Both the position numbers and the translations under genes were made by a program. A stretch of DNA of 64,000 nt, from NCBI GenBank assembly GCA_965203805.1, contig OZ241917.1, forward strand, positions 4,960,001-5,024,000, in the 5' to 3' direction. The stretch's first letter is position 1. Every line of letters starts with the position of its first letter. Shown in pieces: positions 1-9,677 of the stretch. The notes beneath the pieces were generated by a model. That model saw only the letters and a list, made by a program, of their open reading frames with translations, did no database searches and was not told the DNA's origin. Source of the stretch: Candidatus Latescibacterota bacterium. Lineage in GTDB: Bacteria > Latescibacterota > UBA2968 > GCA-2709665.

Positions 1-1
1 C

Positions 2-130
2 TGTTTATGGGGCCCGGTCTTCGCCACCATTCTCCGTCAGCGGGGCGACCACGACGGCGAGAGCGGAATCGTCACCTATCTTCGCGGTATGAAGCAGCTG
101 TTCGCGTCGAACGTTCCCGTCGGGTTCTGA
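2..130 (+). CDS. possible 3' end of an upstream gene (partial, unknown product)
   Basis: Frame is open from the window edge to TGA at 128-130, 13 nt before the CHAD start; no recognisable motif. Confidence 0.3.
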   Translation, partial: CLWGPVFATILRQRGDHDGESGIVTYLRGMKQLFASNVPVGF

Positions 131-143
131 TGGACATCATGCG

Positions 144-1679
144 ATGAAAAGCAAGGTATCCGCACTGCGTCTTCCCGCATCGGTCGACCCACTCAGCGTA
201 TGGGGGAACGCCGTCGGTTCCCATACCTGTGTGACGATAGCCGATACCGTGCAGAATCAGACGTTCCTCGACACGTTCGATTGGCGCCTGTTCAATAGAA
301 ACCTGGTACTGATGAAGGAACAGGAACGCTACCTTCTCTACAGCCTGCCGGACCGTGAAACCGTCGCGTCGCTCGGCATGCCGCGCGGGGCCGAACCGGA
401 GTTCAGCACGGATTTTCTCGAGGGACCCCTGAAGAAGGTCCTGGAGGCGCACGTGAGCGTACGGGCGCTATTGCCCCTCGCGCGCGCCAGGACGCGCCGG
501 CAGACCATGCGCGTACGCAACAGAAACGAAAAAACCGTCCTGATCGCAACGATTGAACAGGCGCGGTTGACCGACGCCGTGCGAGACGGACAACCGATCA
601 ACACCGTCGTGCTGCGGTCGATCCGGGGATATGAGAAGCATCTGCGAAGACTAAACCGTTCGCTGCTGGACGCAGGCGCCCAACCTCAGACCGAAGACCT
701 GTTCCACGCCGCCATGCGGGCGTCCGGGAGGGAACCGGGAGGCTACACCTCAAGGCTCAACATCGTGCTGGAACCCGATCTGACCGGCGCGGAGGCCGTC
801 AAGCGGATTCTGGAGCACCTGTTCAGAACGATCAGGTGTAATGAAGCGGGCATAAAGGATGACGTCGACACGGAGTTTCTGCACGATTTCAGGGTGGGAA
901 TCCGGCGGACGCGTTCAGCCCTCAGCCAGATCAAATCCGTTTTCCCCGATGGTCGGGTTGCCCGTTTCCGGCAGGACTTTTCCTATCTCGGAAAACTCAC
1001 CAACCGTCTGCGCGACCTGGACGTCACCCTGCTGAAGCGGGACGCGTACCGGTCTCTCCTGCCGGGATATCTGCGGCCTCGACTGGATCCCCTCTTCGAT
1101 TCCCTGCGGGCGGAACGTACGGGCGAACACCGGCGTCTGGCCGCCGCCCTTGACGGCAACAGGTACCTGAAAATCGCCGCGGACTGGGAGGCGTTTCTGA
1201 AGTGCCCGCCGCCGGCCGCATCGCCGGACAACGCGGAAGCGCCGGCGATCGGCCTGGCGCGAAGATTCATTGACAAGAGATACGGCCGCGTGATCGAATC
1301 GGGGACCGCGATCGACCCGTCCACGCCCGACGCCGAACTGCACCGGCTTCGGATCGAATGCAAGAAACTGCGCTATCTCCTGGAGTTTTTCTCGTCGCTT
1401 TTCCCCGCGGAAGAGATCCGGCTGATTGTCGATCACCTCAAAAGCCTGCAGGACAACCTGGGCGATTTCAACGACCTCTCCGTCCAGCAGGCCGACCTGA
1501 AGTCGTACCTGAAAACCTTGCCGGCGAACGGGACTCACCCGGAAACCTTCGCCGCCGTCGGCGGTCTGATCGGATGCCTGTTCCTCGAGCAGCAGAGCGT
1601 CCGCGCGGCCTTTTCGAAGACGTTCGTGCGTTTCAATCAGGCGGAGGTTGCCGCCACCTTCCGACGCCTGTTCGCCTGA
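144..1679 (+). CDS. CHAD domain polyphosphate-binding protein with degenerate CYTH-like N-terminal region
   Basis: CHAD motifs EFLHDFRVGIRRTRSAL, RLRDLDV, LHRLRIECKKLRYLLEFF, LQDNLGDFND; N-terminal TFLDTFDWRL; near ppk1. Confidence 0.9.
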   Translation: MKSKVSALRLPASVDPLSVWGNAVGSHTCVTIADTVQNQTFLDTFDWRLFNRNLVLMKEQERYLLYSLPDRETVASLGMPRGAEPEFSTDFLEGPLKKVLEAHVSVRALLPLARARTRRQTMRVRNRNEKTVLIATIEQARLTDAVRDGQPINTVVLRSIRGYEKHLRRLNRSLLDAGAQPQTEDLFHAAMRASGREPGGYTSRLNIVLEPDLTGAEAVKRILEHLFRTIRCNEAGIKDDVDTEFLHDFRVGIRRTRSALSQIKSVFPDGRVARFRQDFSYLGKLTNRLRDLDVTLLKRDAYRSLLPGYLRPRLDPLFDSLRAERTGEHRRLAAALDGNRYLKIAADWEAFLKCPPPAASPDNAEAPAIGLARRFIDKRYGRVIESGTAIDPSTPDAELHRLRIECKKLRYLLEFFSSLFPAEEIRLIVDHLKSLQDNLGDFNDLSVQQADLKSYLKTLPANGTHPETFAAVGGLIGCLFLEQQSVRAAFSKTFVRFNQAEVAATFRRLFA

Positions 1680-1697
1680 AGGCAGAAAGCGCATTCC

Positions 1698-2447
1698 ATG
1701 GCAACAGTCGCCCTTTACAACATCAAGGGCGGGGTGGGCAAGACCGCCGCGGCGGTGAATCTGGCCTACCTCGCCGCGTGCGACGGCGCACAGACCATTC
1801 TGTTCGACCTGGACCCGCAGGGATCGGCAGCATTCTACTTTCGCATCAAACCCTCAAGGAAGCTGCCGGGCCGAAAGTTTCTCCGCGGCGGGCGCTGGAT
1901 AGAGAAGCGCATACGGGGAACCGACTACGAAAACCTGGACCTGATGCCGTCCAACCTGTCGTTCCGGAACCTGGACACGACGCTGAGCAAACTGAAGGGC
2001 TCCACAAAGCGGCTCCATCGCATTCTGAAACCGTACCGCAAGTCGTACGACTTCATCTTTCTCGACTGTCCGCCGGGTATCGGCCTGGTATCGGAAAATA
2101 TGCTCTTCGCCTCCGACGTCGTCCTGGTTCCATGTATTCCAACCACGCTGTCCATGCGTACCTATGACCAGCTGGTGGGTTTCTTCGATTCCAAAGGCCG
2201 TGACGTTTCCCGGATCTACCCGTTCTTCGCGATGGTGGAGAAACGGAAACGCATGCACAGCGAACTTCTGGCGACCGGCGGAGACCCCGAACAGCGGTTT
2301 CTGAAGACCCGGATTCCCTACGCGTCGGAAGTCGAGAAAATGGGTATCCACCGGGAACCGGTCCCATGTTTCGCGCCGGGTTCGCCCGCCGCAGACGCGT
2401 ATCAGGACCTTTGGAATGAACTCAAGGGGATGGTGCCGAGACGCTGA
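1698..2447 (+). CDS. ParA/Soj family ATPase (orphan; no parB in window)
   Basis: Deviant Walker A KGGVGKT, DLDPQGS, Walker B IFLDCPP; 18 nt after the CHAD stop. Confidence 0.93.
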   Translation: MATVALYNIKGGVGKTAAAVNLAYLAACDGAQTILFDLDPQGSAAFYFRIKPSRKLPGRKFLRGGRWIEKRIRGTDYENLDLMPSNLSFRNLDTTLSKLKGSTKRLHRILKPYRKSYDFIFLDCPPGIGLVSENMLFASDVVLVPCIPTTLSMRTYDQLVGFFDSKGRDVSRIYPFFAMVEKRKRMHSELLATGGDPEQRFLKTRIPYASEVEKMGIHREPVPCFAPGSPAADAYQDLWNELKGMVPRR

Positions 2448-2507
2448 CGGGCGACGACTCTGTCCGTCAAATCCCCGTACCGTAATGACTTGCGAGCCTG
2501 AAACCGA

Positions 2508-2536
2508 TTGACTGAAGCATTGCTGTGGATTATCTT
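2508..2536 (+). promoter_or_regulatory. putative sigma70 promoter of ppk1
   Basis: TTGACT-N17-TATCTT. Confidence 0.5.
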
Positions 2537-2584
2537 GGCGCTGTATAGACGTCGATTACGTGGGTACACCGAGAGAAGTGCGGC

Positions 2585-4693
2585 ATGAGTCTGGACGATC
2601 CAAAACTTTATACCAACCGGGAAATCTCCTGGCTTCGCTTTAACGAACGCGTCCTCGAGGAAGCCCGCGACCCCGGGAATCCCTTGTTGGAGCGGGTGAA
2701 GTTTCTTGCCATCGTGGCCAACAATCTGGACGAGTTTTTCGAGATTCGCGTGGCCGGGCTGCTCCAGCAGATGGAAGCCGGCGTACCCGATGCCGGCCCC
2801 GACGGGCTGTTACCCGAAGAACTGTTCGAAGCCGTTTCTCAGGAAGCCCATCGGATGGTCGACGAGCAATACGTCTGCTGGAACGAAGAGCTGCTGCCCG
2901 CGCTGAAAGAGGCAGACGTGCATATCCGCTCGGTGCAGGATCTCAGCACCGAGGAACAGTCATTCGTCCGTGACTACTGGCTTGGGGAACTCCATCCTGT
3001 TCTGACGCCGCTCACCGTCAATCCGGCCCATCCCTTTCCCCGAGTTGTGAACAAATCGCTTTGTCTGGCCGTACTGCTCAGGGACAGCGAAGGCGACACG
3101 CTGTTCGGCGTGGTAACGGTTCCGCGCCTGCTGCCGCGTCTCATCCGCCTGCCCAGGGAAGACGAAGGCCGGCGCGTGGATTACGTGTTTCTGGCCGACC
3201 TCGTGAGGGCGCACGTCCCGGAATTGTACCGGGGGTATGAAATCCTGGGCACGGCCCCGTTTCGCATCACGCGCAACAGCGACCTCTATCTCGATGAGGA
3301 AGAAGCCGACGACCTGCTCCTGGCCATCGAAGACGAACTCAAACGCAGGCGCAAGGGGGATACCGTCCGATTGGAAATCGACGCGGCCGCGCCAAAACAG
3401 ATCGTACGTCGACTTCGGGCGATGTACGATCTGGGCGAAAAACAGGTTTACCGGGTGAACGGTCCGGTCAATCTCAACCGTCTGATGATGCTCTACAGTG
3501 CGACGCGGCGACCGGACCTGAAGGATCCGCCGTACCATCCTGCGGAATACCCCTTCGCTGAAGACCTCGACCAGCTTTTCGCCGAGATCCGGCAGCGGGA
3601 TATTCTGCTGCATCACCCGTACGACTCGTTTCATCCTGTCGTCCAGTTTGTCCAGTCGGCGGCGAGGGATCCGGACGTCCTGGCCATCAAACAGACGCTG
3701 TACCGCACAACCGAAGACTCGCCGATCATGGGTGCGCTGCTCAAGGCTGCGGAGGCGGGCAAGGAAGTTACCGTGATTGTCGAGCTCAAAGCCCGGTTCG
3801 ACGAAGCCTCCAACATCCGGTGGGCGCGGCAGCTCCAGGATGCGGGCGTGTACGTTGCGTATGGGGTGGTCGGTCTAAAGACGCATTGCAAGCTCTCCAT
3901 GCTGGTTCGGCGCGAGGCAGACGGCCTCCGCCGTTACGCACACATCGGCACCGGTAACTACAATGCATCGACAGCGCGGGTCTATACGGACCTCGGCCTG
4001 ATGACCGCCCGCGAGGATATTACCAGCGACGTGGCCGAGGTGTTCAACCTGCTCACCACTCAGTCGGAACGTCCCGAAGTCAGGAAGCTGCTTGTCGCGC
4101 CGTTCAATATGATGAACTGTCTCGTTGGCAAAATCGATCGTGAGATCGAACACGCCAAGAGCGGACGGCCCGCGCGCATCGTTTGCAAGATGAACTCACT
4201 CCAGGACGAAAAGGTGGCCAAAGCGCTATACAAGGCGTCCCGGAACGGCGTGGACGTCGACCTGATTGTTCGCGGGATCTGCTGTATCCGTCCGGGGATT
4301 CCCGGCGTCAGCGACCGCATTCGCGTCAGGAGCATTGTCGGCAGATACCTCGAGCACAGCCGCATATACATGTTTCAGAACGGAACCGATCCCGAGATTT
4401 ACACCGGGAGCGCGGACTGGATGCCCCGCAATCTCCGCCGCCGCGTTGAGATTCTCTGTCCCATCGAAGACCCGGTACTTGTCCGGCGAATTCAATCCGA
4501 GATTCTGTCTCCCTGCCTGGCGGACAACGTCAAGGCACGCGAACTCCTTCCGGACGGCGACCATCGTCGAATCGGGCCGTCAAACGGCAGACCGGCTCTT
4601 TCATCGCAGGAGGTGATGATGGACCTCGCCCGTGGAGAAACCATCGACATTCCGGATTTTTTCGCCGGCAACGGTCTGCAGCCGGATTCATAA
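2585..4693 (+). CDS. ppk1: polyphosphate kinase 1
   Basis: NREISWLRFNERVL, NLDEFFEIRVAGL, LLHHPYDSF, ELKARFDE, KTHCK (phospho-His), GRYLEHSR, GSADWMPRNL. Confidence 0.98.
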   Translation: MSLDDPKLYTNREISWLRFNERVLEEARDPGNPLLERVKFLAIVANNLDEFFEIRVAGLLQQMEAGVPDAGPDGLLPEELFEAVSQEAHRMVDEQYVCWNEELLPALKEADVHIRSVQDLSTEEQSFVRDYWLGELHPVLTPLTVNPAHPFPRVVNKSLCLAVLLRDSEGDTLFGVVTVPRLLPRLIRLPREDEGRRVDYVFLADLVRAHVPELYRGYEILGTAPFRITRNSDLYLDEEEADDLLLAIEDELKRRRKGDTVRLEIDAAAPKQIVRRLRAMYDLGEKQVYRVNGPVNLNRLMMLYSATRRPDLKDPPYHPAEYPFAEDLDQLFAEIRQRDILLHHPYDSFHPVVQFVQSAARDPDVLAIKQTLYRTTEDSPIMGALLKAAEAGKEVTVIVELKARFDEASNIRWARQLQDAGVYVAYGVVGLKTHCKLSMLVRREADGLRRYAHIGTGNYNASTARVYTDLGLMTAREDITSDVAEVFNLLTTQSERPEVRKLLVAPFNMMNCLVGKIDREIEHAKSGRPARIVCKMNSLQDEKVAKALYKASRNGVDVDLIVRGICCIRPGIPGVSDRIRVRSIVGRYLEHSRIYMFQNGTDPEIYTGSADWMPRNLRRRVEILCPIEDPVLVRRIQSEILSPCLADNVKARELLPDGDHRRIGPSNGRPALSSQEVMMDLARGETIDIPDFFAGNGLQPDS

Positions 4694-4694
4694 A

Positions 4695-4730
4695 AAGGAC
4701 GGAGAACTTACCATCAGTCCTCCGTCTTCC
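4695..4730. terminator. hairpin between convergent ppk1 and phoR
   Basis: aaggacggag...ctccgtctt inverted repeat just after the ppk1 stop. Confidence 0.4.
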
Positions 4731-4757
4731 ATTCTTCCGGTCGATATTGATGTACGG

Positions 4758-6311
4758 CTATGCGGACTGAAGCGTAAAGCCAAAGGTGGAACCCGCTCCC
4801 AGTACGCTCGTCGCGTAGACCCGTTCCCCGTGGGCCTCAACGATATGCCGGACAATCGAAAGTCCCAGTCCGGTTCCGCCCTGTCTTCTGGATCGCCCCG
4901 CATCCACCCGGTAGAACCTTTCGAAAACCCGCGGCAGCGAGTCGGAAGCGATCCCGATGCCCGTATCTGTAACCTCGAGTGCAAACCGTTCGCCCGAAGC
5001 GCCCGGCACTGAGGCCTCATCCGTGTTGCCGGGATGAGCCGCCAGCACAACGTTCGGTGCGTTCGCCGCGTCCGTACCCGCGAAAACTTCCTCCGACATG
5101 AGCCGCCTTCCGGCCACCCGCACCTGCCCGCCCCGGGTTGTGTATTTAACGGCGTTGTCGAGCAGGTTGACCACGGCCTGCTCGATCAGTTTCGGGTCGC
5201 CGTGGACCACCGGTTCGTCCTGAATCGAGATTTCAACGACGATGTCATTTGCTTCGGCCTGACTCCGGATTGAATCGTACGCCCGGTCCACCACCCGTCG
5301 AATCGCGAAATCCTCGATTTCAATCGGCGGCGTGTCGGACTGCAGCCGCGAGAGATCGAGCAGATCGTCCAGCAGCACCTGGAGCCGGTCCGAATGCGTG
5401 CGGATGGTCTGCACGAATCGAGCGGCGGTGCCGCGGTCGTCGAGCGCGCCCTCGGCAAGCGTATCCGCACACCCCTTGATAGCCGTGAGCGGCGTTCGTA
5501 TTTCGTGGGATACATTGGCCACGAAATCCTTGCGCGCCCGCTCCAGCCGATGCAATTCGGTCGTGTCGTAGAAAACCGCCGCCACACCCATCCCCTCGTT
5601 CTCCCGACGGATCGGTGCCACGTGCACGTCGAAGTGTCGTTCCGGAAGACCGGACGTTGTCATGGTCTGCGTCCGGGCCTCGCCGGTTCTCAGGGTGTGT
5701 TCGATGGCTTCCTGAACACTTACGTCGCGGATCATTTCCACCGGCGGACGGCCTTCCGAGGGGGACGTCACGCCGAAGAGCCGCTCGAACGTGTGGTTTG
5801 TGAGGAGAACGCGGCCGTCCTGCCCCGTGACGAGGATGCCGACCGTGATGTCCGCGAGAATCGCTTCAAGCCGTGACTTTTCACCGAGGATGTCCGCGAT
5901 CCGCTCCTGGACCTGCCGCCGCGCGGACGCCAGAGACGTTGCCAGATCGGTGATTTCCGGGGGAGAGGGGATGAAAGGCGGCTCACGAGCGTAATCGCCA
6001 GCGGCCATGGCACGCGAGAATTCCGTCAATTTCCGTATTGGTTGTAATACGGAACGTGAAAAGATGGCGGCCAGCACCAACGCCACGGTCAGCCCCAGCG
6101 AGGCGGCGAGCAGGACGGCCAGATTGACGCGCTCCTGCAGGCGGCCCGCGTGCTCCACCGTCACGAGCGGGAAGGGTTCCCCAGTGATCGCGTCCGTGCC
6201 CTGCGTCACCTGGGTATCCTGAATCGTACCCGTCAGGGTAACATGCACGGCCGCCAGGGTCGTCACGACGACGGCCGCGCAAATCAACGACAACCGCCAG
6301 TGCAATTTCAT
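4758..6311 (-). CDS. phoR: PhoR-like sensor histidine kinase (2 TM, HAMP, PAS, HisKA, HATPase_c)
   Basis: FVANVSHEIRTPLT, NLLDNAVKY, DTGIGI, FERFYRVD, GGTGLGLSIV; ppk1/phoB context. Confidence 0.85.
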   Translation of the reverse strand: MKLHWRLSLICAAVVVTTLAAVHVTLTGTIQDTQVTQGTDAITGEPFPLVTVEHAGRLQERVNLAVLLAASLGLTVALVLAAIFSRSVLQPIRKLTEFSRAMAAGDYAREPPFIPSPPEITDLATSLASARRQVQERIADILGEKSRLEAILADITVGILVTGQDGRVLLTNHTFERLFGVTSPSEGRPPVEMIRDVSVQEAIEHTLRTGEARTQTMTTSGLPERHFDVHVAPIRRENEGMGVAAVFYDTTELHRLERARKDFVANVSHEIRTPLTAIKGCADTLAEGALDDRGTAARFVQTIRTHSDRLQVLLDDLLDLSRLQSDTPPIEIEDFAIRRVVDRAYDSIRSQAEANDIVVEISIQDEPVVHGDPKLIEQAVVNLLDNAVKYTTRGGQVRVAGRRLMSEEVFAGTDAANAPNVVLAAHPGNTDEASVPGASGERFALEVTDTGIGIASDSLPRVFERFYRVDAGRSRRQGGTGLGLSIVRHIVEAHGERVYATSVLGAGSTFGFTLQSA

Positions 6312-6533
6312 CTCACTCGCCGTCCTCCGGCGAATCCGCTGTAACCGTAAAGGAACCGGAGATTACAAGCCCCATAGAGGAGGGTTTTGTCGATTTCGCT
6401 CAGAATCAAAAGATGACCCGCGCCATTTCAAGGAAATGGGACACAGGCCACAGGTAAAGAACAACCAGGAATTCAGACATTCAGCCTGATCCGGCAGACT
6501 GGTTTGAGTTGCTTCCGTTCATCGAAAACCTGC

Positions 6534-6803
6534 TCATGCGGCCTGCAATGGGGACAGTTCTTCGGGATCAAGCAGGGGTACGTTCAGTTCGTTCAACACC
6601 TCGTTGATCTGGTCCGACGTCACCTGATTCGGAGCAGTGATCTCCAGGCCTATCGGATGTCCATCCGCCTCATAATCCACGAGCAGACCCTTCCGAATCT
6701 TCTCCGTCCTTACACTTCTGGCCATGGCCTTTCTGGGAAAATACAAATATGCTGCCAGCGGCCGGCCCTTTCGAAACGTAATCTCCAGATATCGGTCTCT
6801 CAT
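6534..6803 (-). CDS. DUF2283-family protein (putative antitoxin)
   Basis: AAYLYF...LLVDYEADGHPIGLEI pattern; 4-nt overlap with the upstream toxin-like gene. Confidence 0.75.
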   Translation of the reverse strand: MRDRYLEITFRKGRPLAAYLYFPRKAMARSVRTEKIRKGLLVDYEADGHPIGLEITAPNQVTSDQINEVLNELNVPLLDPEELSPLQAA

Positions 6804-7075
6804 CGTCCCTTGCTTTCTCTGATCGGATATGCGGTGACAATCACCAGCAGCTGCTCTTCAAAATCCGGTTCGACAATAACCTCCCAATCCGTCTGATGAA
6901 ACCGACTTTCTACGACAAAACGGCCGTAAAACTCGTCTGGCCGATAGCCTCCTGCACGGCTTAACATCTCTCTCAGCGCGATTTCCGTGAAATCCCTCTG
7001 CTCCATTCGTTTTTCGGCGTGCGGGGTGATTTCTAGTTCCCATTTCCACCAATCGGGCCAATTCATCCTTGCCAT
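6800..7075 (-). CDS. DUF4258-family protein (putative RelE-like toxin)
   Basis: ITPHAEKRMEQRDF...LVIVTAYP pattern; paired with DUF2283. Confidence 0.75.
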   Translation of the reverse strand: MARMNWPDWWKWELEITPHAEKRMEQRDFTEIALREMLSRAGGYRPDEFYGRFVVESRFHQTDWEVIVEPDFEEQLLVIVTAYPIRESKGR

Positions 7076-7210
7076 CCGAACGGAGTCCGGGCTGACCCGC
7101 TATAAATATAAAGAAAACCGAACATTCAATACACTATTTTACGGTTTGGCAATAATCGGTCGCAGGAATGAAGACAAGGTGCACGAGCAGTCGGAATCAC
7201 AGCGAGATCT

Positions 7211-8683
7211 CTAGACTCGCCGTCCTCCGGCGAATCCACTGTATTCGTCCAGGAACCACTCGGCCTGCTTTGTCATGAAGACGCCGATCTCATCGCCCTT
7301 GAAGACGAAAGATATCATGAGCCTCCCCAGGTAGAAGTCCGTGATGCAGACTTCCATGTTGAACGTCTGTCCGTCTATCCACGCGGCAGAGGCCAGGCAC
7401 TCGTACTCCATACCGGGGATCTGGCCGATCTGTTCGCCGAAGTAGTTGCGTTGCGGGAACTTGCCGGGCAGTACGCGCCCGATGCCGAAACGCAGCACAT
7501 TGTCGCCCTGACCGTTGGTGTACTCCCAGGCGCCCTCGTCGCCCTCGAAGGACAGACGCATCCGCGTGATCCCCATCGGGTTGTCTTCCAGGATGTACCG
7601 CGCCCCGTTGACTTCCGATGCCGGTCGCGCGTGGGCGTTCCCCGGAATCGGCAGGACTTCCAGGCGTTCGATCCGGCTGGCAAGTGCCGCAACGGCGTCG
7701 CGGTCTTCGGGAAGCGGCGCGTCTGAAAGGTGGCCGTAGAGTTCCTCGCGCATCACGGCGGGAATGGCGCTGCCGGCTGCCGCGCCCTGCGTGTCGGCGA
7801 TGCAAGTGAACACGAATTCTCTATCGGGAAAACAGATGGCATACTGACTGCCCATCCCGCGGAAGGAGAATCCGTTCTCTTCCTCGCGCCAGATCTGATA
7901 TCCGTACCCGCTGTTTCCCCGGATCGAGTTGTCGATCTGACAGGCGGTCGCGGCGCGCACGTACGCCTCCGGCAGAACCCTCTCGTCTCCCCATGCGCCG
8001 CCGTTCAAGCAGGCGAGTGCGACTCTGGCCAGGTCGCGGAGCGTGCAAATGACGCCCGATCCGCCCCACGACCCACCCTCGGGCGTGCGAATACACCATG
8101 CGTCGGCAGAAAATCCGATCCGGTCCAGAAATCCCGGGCGCATATAGTCCAGAAACGGCATGCCGGAAAGCCGCTCCACCGCGGCCGTAAGCACGACGGT
8201 CGCGGCGGTGTCGTACGCGAAAATCGTCCCGGGAGGATGCGAGGGAACCTGGTTGAAGAAGGTCCACACCCAGTCCGGATCGTTGCGCGCATAGGAGTTT
8301 CTCGAATGGGGGGTCGACATCGTCAGGAGGTCCCTGACAGTTGAGGCGGCAAGCCACGGATGAAGGTCTTCCGGCAGCCTGTCCGGGAAGGTTTCGGCGA
8401 CCCGATCGTCGAGGGTGAGTCTGCCCTCGTCGATCATCATCCCGACCGCCAGCGCGACGAAGCTCTTGCTGACCGAATACATCCGGTGCTTGTGCGCCGC
8501 CGACCATGGAGCCCAGTATCCCTCCGCCGCGATCCTGTTGTGACGCACCAGCAGAAAACCGTGCATGCAGATGCGCTCGGAGTCGATCCGGTGCAGGAAA
8601 TTCAGGATCGCCCGCGAGGGGATGCCCTGGCTCTCCGGTGACGCAGCCGCTGTAAAAAAATCCTCAGTTACCGATCGCGTCAT
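7211..8683 (-). CDS. serine hydrolase, beta-lactamase/AmpC-like family
   Basis: SxxK (YSVSKSF), DLLTMS, PPGTIFAYDT, GYGYQIW; start set at ATG 8683 behind ggaggg. Confidence 0.9.
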   Translation of the reverse strand: MTRSVTEDFFTAAASPESQGIPSRAILNFLHRIDSERICMHGFLLVRHNRIAAEGYWAPWSAAHKHRMYSVSKSFVALAVGMMIDEGRLTLDDRVAETFPDRLPEDLHPWLAASTVRDLLTMSTPHSRNSYARNDPDWVWTFFNQVPSHPPGTIFAYDTAATVVLTAAVERLSGMPFLDYMRPGFLDRIGFSADAWCIRTPEGGSWGGSGVICTLRDLARVALACLNGGAWGDERVLPEAYVRAATACQIDNSIRGNSGYGYQIWREEENGFSFRGMGSQYAICFPDREFVFTCIADTQGAAAGSAIPAVMREELYGHLSDAPLPEDRDAVAALASRIERLEVLPIPGNAHARPASEVNGARYILEDNPMGITRMRLSFEGDEGAWEYTNGQGDNVLRFGIGRVLPGKFPQRNYFGEQIGQIPGMEYECLASAAWIDGQTFNMEVCITDFYLGRLMISFVFKGDEIGVFMTKQAEWFLDEYSGFAGGRRV

Positions 8684-9392
8684 CTCGCACGCGCCCTCCA
8701 TTAAAACGGTAGCCGACGCCCCGGACGGTCTCGACCATCTCGCTCGCGCCGCCCAGTTTCTCTCTCAACCGTCGGACATGGGTATCCACGGTCCGGCCGT
8801 AACCGGCGTAATCGTAACCCCACACCGTGTTCAGAAGTTCCTCCCGGGACTGCACGCGCCCCCTTCGCTCCGCCAGTGTAACCAGCAGACTGAATTCGGT
8901 GGAAGTCAATGCCAGTGCATCTTCGCCCACGGTTACCCGGTGAGCCGCCTGATCGATGGTGAGCGGCCCGAATCTCATCGTTTCCGGATCGGCCGTTCCC
9001 GTCGACGGGTCCCGCCGTTCCGTCAGCCGCCTCAGGATGGCCTGGACCCGAAGTACGAGTTCACGGGGCGAAAACGGCTTTACAACGTAGTCGTCCGCTC
9101 CCAGTTCAAGGCCTACGACGCGGTCCACCTCTTCGGCGCGGGCCGTCAGCATCAGAATCGGCAGTTTGCGGGTGGCCGCGTCCTGCTTCAGCAGCCTGCA
9201 CACTTCCAGCCCGTCTATTCCGGGCAGCATCAGGTCCAGGACCACCAGATCTGGAATCTCATTCCGAATGAGTTCGACGGCCGCCTCGCCGGTTTCGACC
9301 GCGACCACCTTAAAGCCTGCCTTTTCAAGGTTGTACGAGACGATCTCCCGAATATCAACTTCGTCTTCAACCAACAGAATTCTGCCTGTCAT
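8664..9392 (-). CDS. phoB: PhoB/OmpR family response regulator
   Basis: LLVEDE, LDLMLPGIDG, GADDYVVKPFSPREL, RTVDTHVRRLREKL, ETVRGVGYRF. Confidence 0.88.
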   Translation of the reverse strand: MTGRILLVEDEVDIREIVSYNLEKAGFKVVAVETGEAAVELIRNEIPDLVVLDLMLPGIDGLEVCRLLKQDAATRKLPILMLTARAEEVDRVVGLELGADDYVVKPFSPRELVLRVQAILRRLTERRDPSTGTADPETMRFGPLTIDQAAHRVTVGEDALALTSTEFSLLVTLAERRGRVQSREELLNTVWGYDYAGYGRTVDTHVRRLREKLGGASEMVETVRGVGYRFNGGRVRDDAIGN

Positions 9393-9677
9393 GGATGTCC
9401 TCGCGTAAGCAACAGACCCGTCGCCCGGCCAGGGTTCGAGACGTCAACTCCTCTTCGAAACGTAATATACAAAAAGGAACGAAATGGGCAATGCCCCTGG
9501 CCCGGTATTGGACGACCGGACAAAAAAACCGGATTGTCCATCACCCGGGAGATCGACGACACAGGAGGACAATCCGAACAATCCGGAGAACGCATGATGT
9601 CATGGGTTCCGTCCCGGAAATCAGTTGCCTGATGGTGAGGTGTTTTCAGGACGGAACGATGTTCCGCGGAAAGTACA

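Larger units (their letters stand above)
6315..7257. repeat. 43-bp imperfect direct repeat (6315-6357 and 7215-7257) flanking the TA module
   Basis: actcgccgtcctccggcgaatcc(g/a)ctgta 28/29 identical, plus shared aggaacc; copies exactly 900 bp apart. Confidence 0.85.

Noticed and set aside
9529-9586. acaatccg direct and inverted repeats upstream of phoB as a Pho box
   Set aside because: Period is 9 bp rather than 11 and there is no CTGTCAT-like consensus
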